From NCBI RefSeq assembly GCF_006345805.1, contig NC_042999.1, positions 157,604,001 through 157,668,000 on the forward strand: DNA of 64,000 nt. The letters are read 5' to 3'. Origin of the DNA: Octopus sinensis. Lineage: Eukaryota. This document shows, in pieces, positions 24,186 to 36,806 of this stretch. The translations under genes were made by a program, and so were the position numbers. Under the pieces are notes generated by a model that made no database searches, was not told the DNA's origin, and saw only the letters and a program-made list of their open reading frames with translations. Each line of letters begins with the position of its first letter. The first letter of the stretch is position 1.

Positions 24186-25680
24186 CTATCCATATGGTAT
24201 ATTTATATTCGACATTTTAAATTTAGCCGCGTGCCTACATAAGTTCATTAGCTCACTTCTTTGATTCAAGGAATTATTGTCTTTGAATAAGATGTACATT
24301 TTCTCTAATAGACAAAGTTTGCACTTGAAATTATTTTTGTATGCTCCATGCCTGTATGGTGCCGCCCTGTCCAGAATGCTCCATGTCACGTTGAAAGGTG
24401 GGGCTTCCTTTTCTTTTAGTTCCCAGACATATTTTGCTAGGCTGGTCCTCTCCTATTCTCTGGGTATTTAAATGAATTTTTATGAGAATAAAATCTTGTT
24501 TTAAATGAATTTTCTGAAGCCCCTGTGTATGTCTTGTATTCCGATGAGCCTTCCACTTGCACCTTGGCTCTATAAACTACCCCTTTCACTAGACATTTCC
24601 CTTCTAACGGACAGGAGCTTTCGTTTTTGAAATTGCATTTCTTAATGGGCTCGGCACCATGTCTAATCTCAATTAGCTTCCTATTATGTTGGCTAATGTA
24701 AGAGGCGAAATTTCTGCAACAAGAATAGCTAACCTTCAGGGTTCTTCTTTTAAATATCCTATAGAATTTATGACCCTGCTTAAAATGCTTAGAGACTAAT
24801 CTCAAAAATTCCTTACCTATATTAGTCTTTACGGCCAAATTGAAAGCCGGGTTGAACCACAAAACTTTCCTGGTCCTAGTTCTTCGTGCAGCATTATTAT
24901 CAGCATTAAAGCTGGTGAACTGGATCTTCTCAGAGAATCCACTATTCTTTAATGCGCTATCGTAATAAGGTGCAGCATATGGAATGCTGCCTCGTCCGAA
25001 GAAATTGAAGATATTCTTCTACTACCTACATTGCTGACTAAGTTCCTAAGGATAACTGGTGGATGGTTCGAATCTTTGCTAATATACGATAGCTTTTCAT
25101 TGGGCTTACGGAAAGGTTTAATCTATCCGATCTACATTAAAATTTACGTCTAAAAATCTACACTATTCAGGTTAGCATCTATCGTAACCCGTAAGCCCAT
25201 CCTTTGAAAGAAAGCTATGAGGTCCTTCCAAGTCTATCTGATTCATGCCGTTTAGATTATGCGTGGCTATAAGGCCGTCATCCCTATATAAACCTGCATC
25301 TATAAATGGGAATTCTATTTTTAGATTATGGAGAATAAAGGCTCCTATGAGCATACATAACTCAGCCCGTCGTATGCCCCCATCGGTACATCGAAAAGAG
25401 AATCCTCAGTCTTCTTAATCCAGGTGGAATCCTCGAAAAAAGAAGCGATTTCCTCGCATGCATAATAATATCAATTTCCGAGCTATCGATGTTGACATAC
25501 TGCTTGGCGAAGTCCAATGCCCTTAGGAGCAACGTCCTAGATATTGACGGGTAAAAGTCAATAATGTCGAATTGTGTGAAACTACAATTATTCTTATAGC
25601 TAATACCTTTAAACCACTCTATGACTGACCTACTATTCTTCCAAATTCTCAAGTCTACTTCACTATCTAACTTAACTAAA
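24186..25680 (-). mobile_element. Penelope-like retroelement 2 (Naiad-type RT + GIY-YIG), 5'-truncated, frameshifted
   Basis: QFDIIDFYPSI, GLYRDDGL, DFLDVNF, SNHPP, WFNPAFNLAVKTNIGKEFL, CPLEGKCLVKGVVY...YTGASENSFKTRFYSH, CKLCLLEK...LNQRSELMNLCRH. Clade name from recalled motifs, not a search. Confidence 0.9.
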
Positions 25681-25893
25681 ATGAGTTGAGCTGGGTAATG
25701 TCTGTCAATTAGGGTGTTTTTGAGTTCTTGCAGTCTAAAGTTCCTGGTATTTTGTTCTGACACTATTGTGCATATCCTTCTTGCAAGGTTGAAGGGGATG
25801 TTTGTTTTAGTGTGTCTTGGGTGGCATGAATTAAAAAGAAGGTATTGTTTGGCGTCTGTGGCTTTGTAAAAAATGTCTGTTTCTATTTTAAGG

Positions 25894-25896
<3 letters not shown>
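25681..25896 (-). repeat. 216-bp copy of 27017-27232 (PLE 1 RT C-terminal part) fused to the 5' end of PLE 2
   Basis: Sequence matches by eye; creates the chimeric 190-aa ORF 25362-25934. Confidence 0.9.
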
Positions 25897-25932
<36 letters not shown>

Positions 25933-26014
25933 ATCCCATGTGGTGCCCCAGCATGGCCACAGCTCGTGAGCTGAAACTAGAATCAATCAATCATATATAT
26001 ATATATATATATAT

Positions 26015-28235
26015 AGAAAATAGTAAAAAGTGAAAAAACTACAGAAGGCTTGTTTTAAAAGGTTAAAAAATATATATTTGAGTCAATATGTCTGAAGAAT
26101 ATAAATTTTTTTCTTACAATGACATAGTTTAGAAGAAATGACCGGTTTCGCGTTTAGCTTTTCAAATTTCTTACAACGTTATGTTTATGTTGAGAAGAGT
26201 TATCGTTATGTTTATGTTGAGAAGAGTTCTAAATAAGGGGAGGTAATAAGTGATTTATTCCGGTGTAAGGGAGATAATCGCTTAAAATTTTTTGCCTTTC
26301 CTTTGGGGCGAATTTCTCTGTATAGGTATGTTGGAATGGTTAAGTCTGGGCTTGTACTTTTCAATGAAGAATGTTTCCTTGTTTAGTCTAATTTGTGTTG
26401 GTGTTCTGATAGCACATTGGTAAAATGGAAAGATTAAAAATTGTGGCAGTAGTTGCTTTGCGCATTTCTCAATGTGCTCGCTAAAAGGTATCATTCTGTA
26501 TTCTGGGAATGCAATCTGTTGTCGATGCAGTGTGCATCTACGTCTGAGTGATAGTCCTGTGGATCCCACGTAGTCTTGGTGGCAGCCCGAGCATTTTATG
26601 ACATAAATTATGTTTTCAGAGGCACAAGTAAAATTAGATTTGATCTTGAATTTCTGTCCCTCTTTGAAGAGGAATTCTGATCCTTCTAGCAGGTTTGGAC
26701 ATGTTGCACAGTTCGGTCTACCACATTTTTTACTTTTGCATCCGTAATTTCAGAAAATAATTTTGCTTTTGTGAGAATCTTTTTAAGCGATTTATGTTGT
26801 TTGTAGCTTTTAATGATTTGGTGTATGTTTAGAATTTCCTTTAATTTGGGGTCCTTATGAAGTATTGGTAAATTCTGGGTGATGATGGTGAAGGCTTCTT
26901 TGTTTCTGGGGTTGTATGTGGATATGTAAGGTAGTATTTTCGGGGAAGGTGTGTTGTGTTGAACTTTTCTTAAAGTTTCTATGTTGATTTCTGTTGCACG
27001 TCTGATCCTATCCTCTATGAGTTGAGCTGGGTAATGTCTGTCAATTAGGGTGTTTTTGAGTTCTTGCAGTCTAAAGTTCCTGGTATTTTGTTCTGACACT
27101 ATTGTGCATATCCTTCTTGCAAGGTTGAAGGGGATGTTTGTTTTAGTGTGTCTTGGGTGGCATGAATTAAAAAGAAGGTATTGTTTGGCGTCTGTGGCTT
27201 TGTAAAAAATGTCTGTTTCTATTTTAAGGTTAATTCTTTTTAATTAGTATATCCAAGAATGGGAGCTCCTTTTGGTTGTATTCCATTGTGAACTGTATAT
27301 TTGGGTTTATGTTGTTCAATAGGTTTTTAAATTTTAGGAGTTTATCTGTGTTTTCATTCCAGAGTATAAAACAATCGTCCAGGAATCGTTTCCAATTCTC
27401 TTTTATGTATTGAGTGAGGGGGTTTCCAAAGATTGATAAAGATTCCTGGTAAATGATTATTTCCAGGTAGCCCATTGTTAGGTTCGCAATGACTGGTGCT
27501 GCCCTTGTACCCATAGCAATTCCGGATTTTTGACAGTAAAATGTATTGTTAAACATGAAGTGGTTATTATGTAGGATGAATTCAATTGATTTAGTAATGA
27601 ATTCTTTACTGATCCTTTTTGGTATTTCTTCCGGAAATTGGTCCATAATTATGAGGTATACTGGTATATAAGTTAACTACATCAAATGAAACCATGATTG
27701 TTTCTTCCTTGGCTTTTTTTGGAAGGTGGTTTAACATATCTAAGTCATCTCTGATATGGCTATCGATATGTTTAAGGAAGGTTTCAGGAGGATGTCCATA
27801 AATAGACTTAGTCTGTGTGTTTCACAGGTTGGGCCAGCTACAACGAGTCGTATTTTAGGTCCCCGGGTTTGGTGTGTGTATGTATGTCTTTGTGATTTTT
27901 TTATGGTTTCATTTATAATGGCTTTTATGAATTTTTGGCAAACCATAGAACAGGCTAGGTTTGCATTTAAGTTTGTTAGAAAGTCAATCTCTTTGGTTGT
28001 TAGTTCCTTTTCATGGGTTTTATTAGTGAAGATAGAGTTTGTCATTATTTTTTTGTGGGGTTAGTTGGTAACTTTTTCATAATGTTGGTTGTCATCAAGC
28101 AAGGAAATTACAAGATTTCTATAGTATGATGTATCCATTATTACAACTGCATTTCCCTTGTCTGCTTCCTTAATGGTTATATCTTCATCATTTTGAAGTT
28201 CTATCAGTTCCTTCCATTGTGTAGTGTTAAAATTT
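26015..28235 (-). mobile_element. Penelope-like retroelement 1 (RT + GIY-YIG + 3' pseudo-LTR), young, few frameshifts, 5'-truncated
   Basis: SGIAMGTRAAPVIANL, KRFLDDCFILW, LPFLDI, TDIFYKATDAKQYLLFNSCHP, IYVIKCSGCHQDYVGSTG...RLNKETFFIEKYKPRLN. pLTR 26015-26281 ends at (TA)n. Confidence 0.95.
26133..26172 (-). ncRNA. Minimal type I hammerhead with U3-A8 core variant in the PLE 1 pLTR
   Basis: AAGAAAT-TTGAAAA-GC(taaac)GC-GAAAC-CG-GTC-ATTTCTT. 7-bp stem I, palindromic stem III ACCGGT. Confidence 0.7.
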
Positions 28236-28275
28236 GAGTTAACTTTCTCTCTCTCTCCTCTCTCTCTCTCTCTCT

Positions 28276-28320
<45 letters not shown>

Positions 28321-28426
28321 ACATATGTATATTTACATATACTTACACATACAGAGAAAAAAAGTAGAACGGAATGTAAAGAACAGAAGGAAAGAAAGAA
28401 ATAGAAAGACACCGAGACAGGGAGAT

Positions 28427-28478
<52 letters not shown>

Positions 28479-28639
28479 AATAATCATATAAAGATAAGGG
28501 TGAGGAAAGAAAGAAGAGGCAGTAAGAAATAACCTTTCTCTGTATTAGCATGTATTGTAATTGATACAAGAAATCTTGCAGATTCTTCAGAAAAAATACA
28601 ATATATGCTTCCAAGTAACATTTTGTAAATCTACTCTCT

Positions 28640-28860
28640 TAAAAGTAGCGCAAGTATAATTGCATTTGGTCTAGTCTAGTGCTTATTGTTCCAGATACAG
28701 AAGTACTTAAGGTACGATTGCTCTGAGATACAAGAAAAAATTTAACAAAGACACGCTAAATGTTGGATACAGTTGTACAAGCAATATAATCGATTTAATC
28801 CATAAAATAACTATAGGAACTACAAGAACAGTATTCTAGAAGTGATCCAACCGCAGTGTT
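28640..28860 (+). pseudogene. Highly degraded PLE fragment
   Basis: KFNKDTLNVGYSCTSNIIDLIH resembles FKRRTLKVSYSCCRNFASYI of PLE 2. Confidence 0.45.
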
Positions 28861-29254
28861 ACGAATAAGATAGCATTAGCTTAAATCATTTCACAAAGAG
28901 TTGGTATGTTGTGTCATAGTGAAGTTAGCAAGTCAACTTAGTTTTAATCGAACGTGTCTTCAAAAGCACACATTTCATTTTAACCATCTGGAGAGAAGAA
29001 ATACCATTTCTCTCAAAACAAATTTCAAAACTCTGCGGTCAGTGAAAGAATTTGTGAAAGATCTCCAGGATCTAAATTTCCTGACAATTTTGCTGAAATC
29101 AAGGAATATGATACGTTCAAATGCATCACCAATATAAATTTATTCTAAGAAACTTTATTCTGCTTCTGGGCAGAATACTTCGAAAATTTTCGATCTTGTT
29201 TTGAATGTCTTTGAAATTCATCGATAACTTTATCACAAACACGCACGCGCGCGC

Positions 29255-29293
<39 letters not shown>

Positions 29294-29533
29294 CACACAC
29301 ACACACAAACCCATGCACAACACACACACGTAAAAATATATATATTTAGAATTTTCCTTCCTGACCAAAATTTTGTGCCAAAAGTTCCCGAGAACCAAAT
29401 GTCTTTCAAAGATATTTTACATATTTAAAACTACCATCAAACTGTTTCATCTTTTGTCTTTTTCTCAATACTGGCAAAAAGAACTCGAAATTGTCGACCA
29501 ACGGAATTGTATGAACACGTTCACTTCATATTA

Positions 29534-29710
29534 TCTATTATATAAAATCCGTTCTGTTTGTCTGTGTGTGTGTCTTCTAGGATCTCGGGCATCCTCCATC
29601 CGATTGCGCTCAAATTTGATATGTAGATAGCGACGGTATCAGGGCGTGTATAAGTCTTGCAAAAATTACAAAAAATCGATTCCAGGTGAGAATGCGATCG
29701 ATAAAACCGT
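29534..29710 (+). mobile_element. Helitron-like 5' end fragment
   Basis: A|TCTATTATATAAAATCCG...GTCTGTGTGTG...ccgattgcgctcaaattt; no 3' end found. Confidence 0.4.
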
Positions 29711-30093
29711 TTTTGTCCTGCTTTTCTTCCGTCAACCTGTACATAACTGCACCTTCCATCTTTTGTTGTTTTTGTACTGCTTAAAGGTATGTTTCTTTCC
29801 TGCTAAGCTTACTGTTTAAACCATGTTTGTGTTCTCCCAGTCAACAGCCTTATCATTACTGATACTTTAAACTCTTCGGTTGCATATTTGTGTGAATAAA
29901 ATCGTTTTTCTTCTTTGGAATAGAAAAAAGGTCTATCTTTATTTCTTCATTTGCTGGTGTCTCAAATTTAGGTTAAATCAGTGTTTCTCAAAGGGGATGC
30001 CTATGGGACGGTCGGACAAGTTGTTTTTTGAGAAAATTTGGTTTAAATGTTTGACAACTCAGCGCCGTCCATTTGACGAGGGGCGTTTTGTTC

Positions 30094-30137
<44 letters not shown>

Positions 30138-30518
30138 AGATAAGAAAATGGAGAATACATCTAATCAAATATCAATTACACGATAATACTCAATCAAATA
30201 CTTTATTAAACCACCACACAAGAGACTGTAGGGTTACATATAAAAGCAGAACAAATCAGTGTACATACAGTAGTGTACATAAAAAAGTGTACATAAAAAA
30301 GTGTACATAAAAGAGTAATGAGTATAATAAGTAGATATATATAAAAAAGAATATAAATATAAGTAAATATAATAATATATATATATGTATATATCCTTGT
30401 TTCTCTCCTTGTTTCTTTTCTGTGTATCTTTCTGTCGAAGAGCGCCATACTAATACATTTGTTGTTTTGTACTCCACCTGCCTTCGTCTTTTGTTTATTT
30501 TCGTAACCTTCCCGTTAT

Positions 30519-30564
<46 letters not shown>

Positions 30565-30714
30565 TACTGATTACTCGCTCTGATTATGCGTATGCTTCGT
30601 CCAGTTTTATCCTTCGTTTCTCTCTCCCATCTCCACTTTCCTTCTAATACCACATCTTTATTTGACTGGGACTTTCTGTTTCTATGCGATGTAAACTCCA
30701 CTTTTGTCGTTTAC

Positions 30715-31100
30715 TTTTCACTTGCTTCAGTCAGTGAACGGTGCACGGCCATGCTGGGGCACCGCCTTTGAAGGTTATAGTCGAATAGATCAACTCCAGT
30801 ACTTATTTTTTTATAAAGTCTAGTGCTTATTCTTTCTACTGCTCCTTTTTGCCGAATCATTAAGTTACGGGGACGTAAACAAGCCAATACCGGTCGTTAA
30901 GCGGTGGGGAGAGGTGACAAGCGCGCGCACACACACACACCCGCACAACAGGCTTCCATACAGTTTACATCTACTAAATTCACTAACACGGCATTGATTG
31001 TTTCGGAGGCAACAGTAGAAGGTACTTGCCCAAAGTGGCAAGTTACAGGGACAGAACCCGAAACCAAATGGCTGCAAAGCAAACTTCTTAACCACACCTC
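30715..31100 (-). mobile_element. Diverged SINE A-related copy
   Basis: ggccatgctggggcaccgcc tail, gccgaa...gggacgtaaac core, degenerate head. Confidence 0.65.
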
Positions 31101-31229
31101 TACCTATATTCTTCTCTATTTCTTCCCCACCCCCTCGTCCTCTCTATTTATGAATCTTTTCACAACTTTCCGCATTTATTACTCAGTACACTTCATTCTC
31201 GATTTCTCTATCTGTCCGCACGGTCAACA

Positions 31230-31329
31230 NNNNNNNNNNNNNNNNNNNNNNNNNNNNNNNNNNNNNNNNNNNNNNNNNNNNNNNNNNNNNNNNNNNNNNN
31301 NNNNNNNNNNNNNNNNNNNNNNNNNNNNN
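31230..31329. other. Assembly gap (100 N)
   Basis: Run of N. Confidence 1.
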
Positions 31330-31619
31330 AGACAGAAATATCATTACTGACGCAAGTAAATAAAATTTCTCATTATATATTTGCATTAATGTAATTTTTC
31401 TCGATCCAGTCAGACAGACTTTTATTCTCATTGCAAAAAATACACATTTAGTAAAACATTCGATGGATAAACATAAGAAAACCACTCCTGTGTCAGATTC
31501 AGACGAAATATTTGAATTAGACCAATAAGTAGCTTAAAATCAAATTACGAAGTGTAGAAAATATTGATAGGAAAAAAAAGGGAGCCTAACAACATCGTTG
31601 GATCTTTGTCTCTCTGACA

Positions 31620-32820
31620 ACATCAATAGGGAAGATAATAACAAAGCAATGAAGCGCATCCAGGAGGCAAACAAATATTGTATATGAGTTACATCTCAGA
31701 CATTAGAATAGATTGAAAGAAAAGGCATTCAAATATATAGATAACTACATTGAAAGTCAGGCTTCCACAGACACAAGTCCATGCATAAACAATGTTCGTC
31801 TGGATATTGGCAAAACTTTCGGTGGCGACCGACGTTTGAATCTCTTAATAATAAATCTTCTCACATAATGACTCTCCATCTGTTTCTTTTATCTTGCATC
31901 TCTTGCCTTTCTTAAGCTGTGATGTGCCCTAGGGTTCAGTTTTATCCTCACTCTTTTATACATCATTAATCTGTTTACTTTCACGTTTTGCAACGCCGAC
32001 GCTCACCCTTTGTTCTCCAACCACGCATAATCCACTCATGATCGAGACACCAGCTTCCCAAGCCTGGATGGATTACATGAATGGAAACCTAGAAAGCAAG
32101 CCCTTCTGAAGTCATGTTAATGTTGTCCCTTTCAACAGCAAATACGTAAGTACTACAATTATGAAGTATAGTTTATCACACGAAACCGATATTCAAAGTG
32201 GGCTACATTCAATTATAACCTTCACTGTCGCTCAAAGTATTTGATCTCGCAATTTGCGAGAAACAATTCTGTGGGAAAGCACATCACTAATACACACAGA
32301 ACCGTATCTCAAAGATTGAGTCTTTTTTTTAGAGCCAGAAAATAACTTCGGTTACCATCAATCGCTAACACAAAGCTCAGCCGACAAACAGAGTATACTT
32401 CCAACATACCCACTAAAACCGAGACAAGACCAACACAGAACTACCCACTAAAACCGAGACAAGACCAACACAGAAATACCCACTAAAACCGAGACAAGAC
32501 AAACACAGAACTACCCACTAAACCCGAGACAAGACCAACACAGAACTACACACTAAAACCGAGACAAGACCAACACAGAAATACCCACTAAACACAGAAA
32601 GCCCAAACTACATCCACATTAAGCCCACACAAATGAATGGCATAAAATCACTTCGGCTTACACTCGTCCCGTCTTTTTACTCTCAGTTTTCTACCGAACC
32701 TGTAATGGCAGTTATTCCCCAGAACGGATTGGTATTGTATCTCCTCAACATATTTACTCCTGATACTCGTCTCTCCTCATCTCATCAACCTTTGTGGTAT
32801 CCAACCGCCGAGCCCGTGCA
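31620..32820 (+). pseudogene. Degraded LINE RT relic (CR1/Jockey-type), same family as 37950-39230
   Basis: SGFHRHKS (QxGFR-like), DVP*GSVL (GVPQGSVL), and a shared end actcctgata..ctcgtctc.tcatctcatcaa. Confidence 0.55.
32409..32598. repeat. Minisatellite, 35-bp unit, ~5.3 copies
   Basis: cccactaaaaccgagacaagaccaacacagaacta at 32409, 32444, 32479, 32514, 32549. Confidence 0.95.
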
Positions 32821-32959
32821 CTAACCTTTATATCCAGTACTTCTTTCTTGGTCATCGAAATCGAACCTCTGTTATTTTTTCCTTGCTTGTGCTATTACTG
32901 TTCCTTATCCATTATTCAGGCTTTTAGCTTTAGCTTTTAAGTCCTCCCCTTTTGCTCAG

Positions 32960-33310
32960 CACATTGGGTAGCAAGCTTCCTTCACCGGACTCAGTCGGCT
33001 GCAGCTCTTGCACATCCATTCTTGTCTCCAGGTTATCTTGAAATGCACGCTGTCAAGTGATCGCACTTGTCACTTTTACGCGTGCCATCTGGTGGTACTC
33101 GAATCATAGCTGTCTTTGTGTGCCGTTGATCAACTTAACGGAGAATGTTGCTGGATGGGTAGAATCGTCGCTGGGCACGGTCCCGCCAGTTGACACTTAG
33201 GGCCTTCCTGAGGCACCTTTGATAGATTACCTTTACTTTTCTATCTGTCCTTACAGTGCTCTTCCAAGTCTCGCTGGCATAAATTGCAGCAGTCAGAAGA
33301 TGGAGTTATA
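32960..33310 (-). pseudogene. RTE-like LINE ORF2 C-terminal relic
   Basis: AAIYASETW...YQRCLRKALSVNWRDR motif. Confidence 0.6.
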
Positions 33311-34339
33311 TATACGAAATTTCACATTGTAAAGCAGTGCTTGTTGCATAAGTTGTTACACTCAGAAACAGCTTAGCCAATCTTCAGGTCCTGTTACTTA
33401 TAAGCTGTTTACATTGTCGCGCGGGGATGAACAAATGGATTATCAAACTAGCCACAACACGAATGGTAAGTTGAACAAAGAAAAAAAACAAACAAACAAA
33501 CAAAATCAAATGACCACTGAAAGTGTTAATTCGAGGATAGGTTGCCCTAAAAGGAAGTAAAGTGTGTGGGTTTATAGATGTCATTAAGTGGAAGGAAAAA
33601 GATGCTAGGTAGAGGTGAAAGTGTGGTGGGGAGGACTAATAATAAAATTCCTTTACACTAAGATATCACAAAGATATTAAGAGACAAAGAACTGATAGCA
33701 TAAACGTTCTAGACACATAACTTGGATAAATCATTGAGACACACCGATAAAGAAGTAATAGCCAACCAGGGAGTAATAAAAGCCACAAATAGAATTTATG
33801 TGTGTAAAAGAATACAAACATATATCGCACAATGTGACACTACGGGCGGGGTTTTAACACCATAAATAAAGCTGTGGCAACCTTATTTGAATCAGAGACG
33901 TAAGGTTTCAATGGGAGTCATCTATAGTTATCTCCCCTGTTGCATCGTTAGCAACTAGGTGGCGCTTGTTACCTAGCTGTAAAAAGACGTTCCCGGACGT
34001 CACACTTTCTTTCTTCTCCTGTACACTACCTGCGATTAATTATGGTGTTCTTCATCTATGTGCCTGCTATGAGACAACTTCTTGTTGACTGAATTTTCTT
34101 TACTTCCCTTCACCAGTCATGGAATACGGCAAGACGAAAGCATTCCCTTACTCAAAGTCCATTCTGTTCAATTGAATGATAATGTACAAGCTGTGTAAAT
34201 ACTCTCATTCCGCATCGGAATAAATTCCTCAAGCATATCAAGTCTTCACAATCACACACGAGTTATTGTTGTTCCTCACTGGATTGATTCTAACAGCTAT
34301 CGAAGAATGACAGAACATTATATTAAATTAGTAAGGTGG

Positions 34340-34685
34340 TTACGTTCAGAGTTCAAATTCCGCTGAGGTTGACTTTACCTTTCATCCTTTCGGGGTCGAT
34401 TAAATAAGTACCAGTTACGCACTGGGGCCGATATAATCGACTTAATCCGTTTCTGTCCTTGTTTGTCCTCTCTGTGTTTGGTCCCTGTGGGTAGTAAAGA
34501 AATAGGTATTTCGTCTGCCGTTACGTTCTGAGTTCAAATTCCACCGAGGTCGACTTTGTCTTTCATCCTTTCGGGGTCGATAAATTAAGTACCAGTCATG
34601 CACTGGGGTCGATATAATCGACTTTATCCGTTTGTCTGTCCTTGTTTGTCCCCTCTATGTTTAGCCCCTTGTGGACAATAAAAAA
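34340..34685 (+). mobile_element. SINE family B headless dimer
   Basis: Two units joined at gaaataggtatttcgtc. Confidence 0.85.
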
Positions 34686-34847
34686 ATCGGAAACATTTAC
34701 TGGCAGTACTCCCGAAAAGGATGCAACGAGAGGTCTGTCAGAAAAGATACATGGTGATAAAATGGCACCCTTCCTCTTAGGACAGTATTGCAGTATTGTG
34801 TTGAAGAAATGGGGTTGAGTCACGGCACAGCTTTTGATTATAACAGA

Positions 34848-35249
34848 CTAGCAGTATCGCCCGACGTTGCTCGGGTTTGTAGGGGAAATAACTATATAAG
34901 CATTTTTAGAGAGTTACTTCCCTTATATAATAGCAAAAAATGCATTAAAAATGAAAACAAATGATGGTAAAATTTTTTTTAAATCGTAGACTCATCGTAG
35001 ACATTTTTAGAGAGTTACTTCCCTTATATAATAGCGAAAAAATGCATTAAAAATGGAAAAAAATGATGGTAAATTATTTTTAAATCGTAGACTCATCGTA
35101 GACGCGCGCTAATACCCAGAAGGGCTCGATATGAATCACGACTATAAGACACCCGCTTTTGGTTAAACTGCACCGAAAAATGTGGGAGTAGTTTGGAATC
35201 TAAATCGTAGGAGACAGACACCACACAACTTCACTTTTATATATATAGA
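34848..35249 (-). mobile_element. Non-autonomous Helitron-like element with internal ~100-bp duplication
   Basis: Same family as 15535-15938; TC...CTAG ends, A|T site. Confidence 0.75.
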
Positions 35250-35254
35250 TATGT

Positions 35255-35610
35255 TCAGATTGTCGGTCGTGGTGGAATCGTTGAGATAGATGAAACAGTC
35301 TTCTCAAGACGTAAATACAACTGAGGGACGGTCCTATATGAGCAATGGGTTTTCGGAGGAGTGTGTCACGGGACCAGACACGTTTTTACTTTATGCAGCG
35401 CCATGTCGGAATCGCGATACGCTGAAGAAATGCATACGTCAGTCGATTCTGCCAGGAACCACAATTTTCAGTGACTTTCAGTAACACATTCCTGAAATTG
35501 ATGGCTATAATTTCCGACATTGAACAGTGAATCACAGCATTGAGTTAATTAACTCGAAAGATGGTACTCACACGCAACAAGCGGAAAGTACATGGGCCTC
35601 TGTGAAACCG
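35255..35610 (+). pseudogene. Merlin/IS1595(ISXO2)-like DDE transposase relic
   Basis: GIVEIDETVFSRRKYN*G...QWVFGG...CRNRDTLKKCIRQSILPGTTIFSD...TVNHS...GTHTQQAESTW, with stops and a frameshift. Confidence 0.85.
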
Positions 35611-36019
35611 TTCCAAGGTTAATTTGTATCTTTGCGAGTTTATGTGACGCAGGCGATACGATAATTATAATTTGTTTAGCAAACTTCTTGAGTGCATCGC
35701 AAAATTTTGTATTGTTTACATGAACTGTTTGTTTTCATAATTCAATATTTGTTTTGTAATTTTTCACAAAGAAATTTTTAATTGAGGACTTTTTCTTTTT
35801 CTATTGTTTACATAACTGTTCCAAAATTTCACATGACTTTATTCATTAAGACATGTTAAAACTTCCACCGTTAAATGTTTTGTTGTAATATTGTTGTCAT
35901 CACGCACAAAATACCAACTCGCCCCCCCGCCCAATCCTGTTTTCTGATTTGGTAAAAATCACTTAACTTTAAATCACTTTAACATTCTTCTAAAATTTTT
36001 TTCAAAAACTGAAAGCTAA

Positions 36020-36510
<491 letters not shown>

Positions 36511-36575
36511 TATACGTATGTGTATGACCATGCGAGTTCGCGAGGGAGTGACTGTGTGTAAGCGTGTGTATATAT

Positions 36576-36806
36576 ATTTCTTTACTACCCACAAGGGGCT
36601 AAACATAGAGGGGACAAACAAGGACGGACAAACGGATTAAGTCGATTACATCGACCCAGTGCGAAACTGGTACTTTATTTATCGACCCCGAAAGGATGAA
36701 AGGCAAAGTCGACCTCGGCGGAATTTGAACTCAGAACGTAACGACAGACGAAATACGGCTAAGCATTTCACCCGGCGCGCTAACATTTCTGCCAGCTCGC
36801 CGCCTT
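36576..36806 (-). mobile_element. SINE family B, full length, 15-bp TSD
   Basis: TSD agcgtgtgtatatat (36561-36575, 36807-36821). Confidence 0.9.

Noticed and set aside
33084-33096. Perfect-looking CTCF motif (CCACCAGATGGCA on minus)
   Set aside because: Lies within an RTE relic; a single motif match is not evidence of binding.
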